Assembly (NCBI GenBank): GCA_965649825.1
Contig: OZ287697.1
Coordinates: forward strand, 519,535-583,534
DNA length: 64,000 nt
From: Penicillus capitatus
Taxonomy: Eukaryota; Plantae; Chlorophyta
Direction: 5' to 3'
Shown here: piece after piece, positions 58,586 to 64,000 of the stretch
Layout of the letters: every line of letters starts with the position of its first letter
Numbering within the stretch: the stretch's first letter is position 1
Made by a program: the position numbers and the translations under genes
Notes under the pieces: model-generated
Databases searched by the model: none
The model's input: the letters and a program-made list of their open reading frames with translations, nothing else
What the model was told of the DNA's origin: nothing

Positions 58586-60515
58586 ATGCACGTTTCGTCG
58601 ACGATCGAGGTTTTCAACCGGCAGCGACTGTATCGTTTCGTCGGAAGGCATTCGACGTCGTCACCGTCGCGTCTGCGCATATGGCGGCGTTCACGATTCC
58701 TCTGTTCGACTTCAAATTCCGATGAGAATGGTGGAAGTCCAATCGTCCAAAAGGAAGCGACGGGTATCAAGAAAACAATGGCGGATCTTGATGCCATTCT
58801 CGGAATCGAAGAAGAAGAAGGCGACCTCGAACCCGATGCTGCACCCAAAGAGAAAGGATCGGTCGGTGCCATATATTTTTTATACATCACCCGAAAAACA
58901 TAGGGATTCCCGTAGGCACTGTCGCCAGAAACGGAGGAAGAAATTCGATCGTTGGCGAAAGAAGTCACAGAAAAACTGACAGAAGATGAGGCACCCTTTG
59001 ATAAAAATAAGGAAAAGGAATTTGCTGAGAAAATGGTAATGACACTAGCTGCAGTAAATTGTTGTTTCCTTGGCTATCTTCTGTTTTCATTTTCAAGGCT
59101 GATGTTATGAAGAAGGCGACGATGTCCGCTGAAGGTCTGGATAATGGCCAAGAACTCCTGGACAGCTTAGAAAAGCTGCTGGAGTCAGGCATCAGTGCCA
59201 AAGACAAGAAGAACGAAGATTTCAAAGTCATGAAGGATCGCGTTTTTGGGGCTGATACTTTTTGGGTGACGGAGGTCATTCCTGCAAACGATGGGTACGG
59301 AGGACAACGGTTTCGAGGCAATATGAGAGGAAAGAATGAGAACGACTCCTTTCTCGAAATCGAATCGCGGATGAAAGAGCTCTTCGGCGACAAGTATACG
59401 GTGCTGATGTTTGAAGAGGCTGATGAGTCCAATTCCTTCTCCGAGACAAATCCCACGCCTAAAGTGTGTTTCCAAGTGGCGCCGGCCGAAGCAGCCCGTC
59501 CTCCAAAGTCACCCAGTTGGCGACCCGTCGCCGGAGGAGTTTTGTTTCTCTTCACATTGGCGACGTCGTATGTGTTGGGTGTCTCGTCGAATGTCGGTAA
59601 CATTCCACGGCCTGTCGTGGAGTATCTTTCACAGCCAAATCATTTGAATACAGACCAGTGGCCGGACTACGTAAAAAACTGGAATCCATCAATGTTCCTA
59701 TTTTCCTCTGCAACAGTTGCATTGGGCGTCATGTTCCTTCAGTTAATGCACGAGGCTGGACATCGTGTCGTCGGATTTCTGAAGAAGATCAAACTAAAGG
59801 GCTCCCTTCTTCTACCAAACACTCAGATCGGCACACTGGGATCGGCAACACAGCTGGATTCCTTGGTCAAGACGCGACAGGACTTATGGGACTTCGCCTT
59901 CGCAGGCATCGCCGCTGGAGGGATCTCTTCCATGGCTCTGATCATTGCCGGCCTCATTATGTCACAGGTCCATCTCTTTTTCGAAATCATTACGGCTCAT
60001 GACCTGCGATACAGGATGCTTCTGTTCCAAGAGAAGCCCTCGTTCCCGTGCCTTCTGTCCTACTGCAAGGAAGCACGCTCATCGGCGGACTCCTCCAAAC
60101 GGTTCTCGGAGACGCAGCATCGGCCCGGACGATCTTCCTGCATCCATTGACCATTGCTGGGTGGTGTGGACTGACCACCACTGCGCTGAATGCGCTCCCT
60201 GTCGGTAATCTGGACGGCGGTCGAATGATGCTGTCAGCATACGGACTGCGATCTCTCAACGTTTCGTCGGTCTTCACATACGCGGGTCTGGCGTTGGGAA
60301 TCATTGGAAGCTCGCTGGCCTTGCCATTTGGACTGTACATATTGATCTGTGATCGAGAGCCCGAGGTCTACATTCAGAATCAGGTCACACCAACGGAGCG
60401 CACACGGCAATGGATCACTGCAATCTCCATTGTTCTCGCTATTCTCGTGTTGCTTCCGATGGGACTGTTTGATACGAACGACGCGGGTCTGGGTCCGGGA
60501 GGACCTATGATCTAG
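58586..60515 (+). CDS. EGY-type M50 intramembrane zinc metalloprotease, plastid
   Basis: VFGADTFWVTE, FRGNMRG, HEAGH, LNALPVGNLDGGR, LHPLTIAGWCGL. Start uncertain. Confidence 0.85.
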
Positions 60516-60586
60516 CCGACAGAAAACCTTTCGTAACATTTTTGCGATTCCTTGAAAAAGAACGCGACCCTATTAAAAACGTATCT

Positions 60587-60915
60587 TTACGCCATCGACA
60601 TTCCACCGTCAGTGACGATAGTTTGACCCGTTATGTAAGCCGCAGCAGGATCCATCGCCAGAAATCTCACCAAACCGGCCACCTCCTCTGGAGTTCCATA
60701 CCTCCCTACACACAACATTCCTCAGCGCCAGTCAGGAGATGGAACAGAATGACTCAGAGCAATCCTGCGACATATTTCTTCCTGCTGCTCCTTGCTAAGA
60801 AGATGCGTCATGTCGGTTACAATGAACCCAGGTGCCACGGCGTTGACGGTGATGTTCCACCTTCCCCACTCTTTAGCGCAGGCTTTGGTCAGACCATTAC
60901 TCTTCCTTCTCGCGA
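60587..60915 (-). pseudogene. Truncated 3-oxoacyl-ACP reductase (FabG-like SDR) fragment
   Basis: GLTKACAKEWGRWNITVNAVAPGFIVTDMT / [35 protein letters not shown], then stop. An apparent 1-nt deletion just upstream and no N-terminal SDR sequence. Confidence 0.75.
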
Positions 60916-61590
60916 AAACCTAAAGTCTATCCGTCATGAACACTGAATGCAGCATGCAATTAGTTCTACTTTTGCTCATTGAAGAACAATGGCAAAACTG
61001 CCATAGTTGTTAGCACAAGACAACTGTCTTGTTAGGAAAGGGAAGAGAGAAGCACATTTGAAACTCAAGAGCCTGTCTACATCTCAAAAATGTCTACCGA
61101 GTCATGTATCCTCGTTTTGCTGAAGTCGGATTAATCTCCATAAGACACCTAGGACGGGGAATGGTGGAAGAGAGTCGTGCGAGTCGTAGTCTCAACTATG
61201 TTTCGAGCAAAGACTTGCCAGAAGCTCGCACTAGTTTCTCAACGAACAATACTGTACCATCGACGCTGGGGGACAGGCTGTCGTCTGCCTCGATTTTTCG
61301 CACACAAAGCAGTACGCACAGCGGGAATGATGAAGATGAGGCGCGGGCGTCGTCTTCTGTCAACGGTTCGATACAAGACACTAAGATCGCGCCATCGTCG
61401 TTCATTGTAAGCTCATCGGTTAGACTGATCCGCGGATTCACAAGACTGATGCACAACAGGGCCGCGATGAACGCTCTGAAGCCGAAAAGTATACTATATA
61501 AACCAAGTGCACGAGCAAGAAGAGCAGAATTCGCCGTGCTTTTGTACTGAACGATTAAGCGCGACGTGTTTTTTCTGACGTGCTTGACGC

Positions 61591-64000
61591 ATGATACGCT
61601 TTCACCTTCTACCTATTACCGTGCTTTGGCTGACAGTTTTCGCAGCCGCTCAAGAATTCCATAGCTACGGCAACAGCACAGGCTTGTTCGTCGGAGAACT
61701 TCATAACGCTGAAACAAATGGGACTCCTCCGCAACACACGGTAGAAAAGCAGGCTCACCAGCCCAAGCAGAGTGCCTCGGCGAGCAGCGCATCCGACGTT
61801 GCAAAACCTAAAAGCCAATTTTCCTCTGGACGACGGGCGCAGTTACCAGAACAGAGTGCCTCGGCGAGCAGCGCATCCTACGTTACAAGACCTCCTAGGC
61901 AGTTTTCTCCAGGACGACGGGTGCAGTTACCAGAACAGAGTGCCTCGGGGAGCAGCGCGTCGTACTTTGCAGGACCTCCTAGGCAGTCGCAATCACAAGG
62001 TTCGCATGTCGTACGTTGTGCAGACGTCAGTTGTGTTTGCAGGATCGGATTGCAAGAGTTCTCCGGATGCCGGGCCTTGCGGTCTTATTGAGAAAAGATG
62101 GTTCTACAATACGAACACGGCGCAGTGCGAGGAGTTCAGCTACGGCGGCTGTAACGGGAACAGAAACAACTACAAAACGTACAAGACTTGCCAGGACATT
62201 TGTCTGAATGGTCGGCCGTGTGTTGCTTATCTAAGCAACTTTGCATAACTATGTGTACACAGGTTGCAAAGGGGATAGATGTGGGGCATCGTCGGGTAAA
62301 ACGATTGACAGCAGACTGCAAAGAGAATCATCAGTGCCGTCGGAAACTATCGTTCCCGGAGAGACAGCGCTATCATCAGGAGCGACGACAGACGTCGCGG
62401 TTGGCACCCCGACGAAAGGCTTCCCATCATTAAAACTCGGGACGGCAGTGATACCTAAATCGCCAAAAGCAGCAGATTTTTCATTTCCATCGGACATTAA
62501 GCCAGTAACAGCGCCGTCGACGGGAGAAAGTTTGAAGCCATCCGCGCCACAAGCGATATTTGAAACCGTCCGAAAGCCGAGCCTCTCAATCCCGTCCGCA
62601 GTGCCCTCACCGCCGATCTTTCCAGTACCGTCGACTCCAGCAAAGCCGTCCGCAGTGCCCTCACCGCCGATCTTTCCAGTACCGTCGACTCCAGCAAAGC
62701 CGTCGACAGTGCCCTCGCCGCCGATCTTTCCAGTGCCGTCGACTCCAGCAAAGCCGTCCACAGTGCCCTCGCCGCCGATCTTTCCAGTGCCGTCGACTCC
62801 AGCAAAGCCGTCCGCAGTGCCCTCACCGCCGATCTTTCCAGTGCCGTCGACTCCAGCAAAGCCGTCCGCAGTGCCCTCACCGCCGATCTTTCCAGTGCCG
62901 TCCGTAGTGCCCCCGTTGCCTAGCCTCTCAATCCCATCTACTCCAGCTGAGCCCAGCGAAACGGCGTCCGACTCGGCGCCCGCAGAGCCCAGTGCCGAAT
63001 CTTCAGCGTCGGCGCCAGCTGAGCCCAGTGCCGAATCTTCAGCGTCGGCGCCAGCAGAGCCCAGTGCAACGGCGTCCGACTCGGCACCCGCAGAGCCAAG
63101 TGCCGAATCTTCGGCGTCGGCGCCAGCAGAGCCCAGTGCAACGGCGTCCGACTCGGCACCCGCAGAGCCAAGTGCCGAATCTTCAGCGTCGGCGCCAGCT
63201 GAGCCCAGTGCTGAGTCTTCGGCGTCGGCGCCGGCAGAGCCCAGTGCAACGGCGTCCGACTCGGCACCCGCAGAGCCAAGTGCCGAGTCTTCGGCGTCGG
63301 CGCCCGCAGAGCCCAGTGCCGAATCTTCAGCGTCGGCGCCAGCTGAGCCCAGTGCTGAGTCTTCGGCGTCGGCGCCGGCAGAGCCCAGTGCAACGGCGTC
63401 CGACTCGGCACCCGCAGAGCCAAGTGCCGAGTCTTCGGCGTCGGCGCCCGCAGAGCCCAGTGCCGAGTCTTCGGCGTCGGCGCCCGCAGAGCCCAGTGTC
63501 GAATCTTCAGCGTCGGCGCCAGCAGAGCCCAGTGCAACGGCGTCCGACTCGGCACCCGCAGAGCCAAGTGCCGAGTCTTCGGCGTCGGCGCCCGCAGAGC
63601 CCAGTGCCGAGTCTTCGGCGTCGGCGCCCGCAGAGCCCAGTGCCGAATCTTCAGCGTCGGCGCCAGCTGAGCCCAGTGCTGAGTCTTCGGCGTCGGCGCC
63701 GGCAGAGCCCAGTGCAACGGCGTCCGACTCGGCACCCGCAGAGCCAAGTGCCGAATCTTCGGCGTCGGCGCCAGCAGAGCCCAGTGCAACGGCGTCCGAC
63801 TCGGCACCCGCAGAGCCAAGTGCCGAATCTTCAGCGTCGGCGCCAGCTGAGCCCAGTGCTGAGTCTTCGGCGTCGGCGCCGGCAGAGCCCAGTGCAACGG
63901 CGTCCGACTCGGCACCCGCAGAGCCAAGTGCCGAGTCTTCGGCGTCGGCGCCCGCAGAGCCCAGTGCCGAATCTTCAGCGTCGGCGCCAGCTGAGCCCAG
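61591..64000 (+). CDS. Secreted Kunitz/BPTI-domain protein with a Pro/Ser/Ala/Glu-rich repeat stalk; partial at the right edge
   Basis: Signal peptide MIRFHLLPITVLWLTVFAAA. Exon 2 reads DCKSSPDAGPCGLIEKRWFYNTNTAQCEEFSYGGCNGNRNNYKTYKTCQDIC (6 Cys). Exon 3 stays open to the window end. Confidence 0.85.
62592..62903 (+). repeat. 54-bp coding tandem repeat x~5.8 (PSAVPSPPIFPVPSTPAK)
   Basis: Read directly from the sequence. Synonymous and A/T variants between units. Confidence 0.92.
62943..64000 (+). repeat. 36-bp coding tandem repeat x29+ (PAEPSAESSASA / PAEPSATASDSA)
   Basis: Exact 36-bp periodicity from 62943 to the window end. Two unit types are interspersed. Confidence 0.95.

Noticed and set aside
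61104-61550. 148-aa plus-strand ORF
   Set aside because: No recognisable motif. Contains a TATATAA ~95 bp upstream of the Kunitz gene ATG and is more likely promoter/UTR.
1-64000. Non-canonical TAA/TAG=Gln code (as in some ulvophytes)
   Set aside because: Conserved exons contain no in-frame TAA/TAG, and TAG/TAA end genes at expected positions (FTRB, RSP9, PGP synthase).
1-64000. Endogenous giant-virus or bacterial contaminant segment
   Set aside because: No NCLDV core genes or operon-like intronless clusters recognised. The gene-free stretches are explained by TE relics or remain uninformative.

Overview
Gene-dense eukaryotic nuclear DNA, most likely from a compact-genome chlorophyte green alga. 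Evidence: plastid-targeted FTR, CA1Pase and EGY genes, a flagellar RSP9 gene, ~43-67 nt introns, and the standard genetic code. About 30 protein-coding genes are recognisable. Most are housekeeping (SFC1, WDR26, class II photolyase, citrate synthase, Rieske, NEDD8, QTRT2, pinin and others), and several are packed head-to-head with only 27-56 bp between predicted start codons. The non-housekeeping signal is concentrated in four places. (1) A mobile-element island at 9.5-18.7 kb: a young 813-bp TRIM (identical 132-bp LTRs, 4-bp TSD, PBS, PPT, internal tRNA-like A/B boxes) inserted in one of two near-identical copies of a structured Pol III-type element with a tRNA-like head and a 5S-like body. 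These two copies flank a GST + photolyase pair and are followed by decayed Penelope-like RT and Ty3/Gypsy pol relics. A related solo LTR with a 5-bp TSD sits at 55.7 kb. (2) A STAT-like protein (putative DNA-binding domain, linker, SH2). (3) An ankyrin gene with one 99-bp exon per repeat, including a GC-AG intron. (4) A secreted Kunitz/BPTI protein on a long Pro/Ala/Ser/Glu tandem-repeat stalk. All gene models were read by eye and no database searches were run. Start codons and some exon boundaries are approximate.
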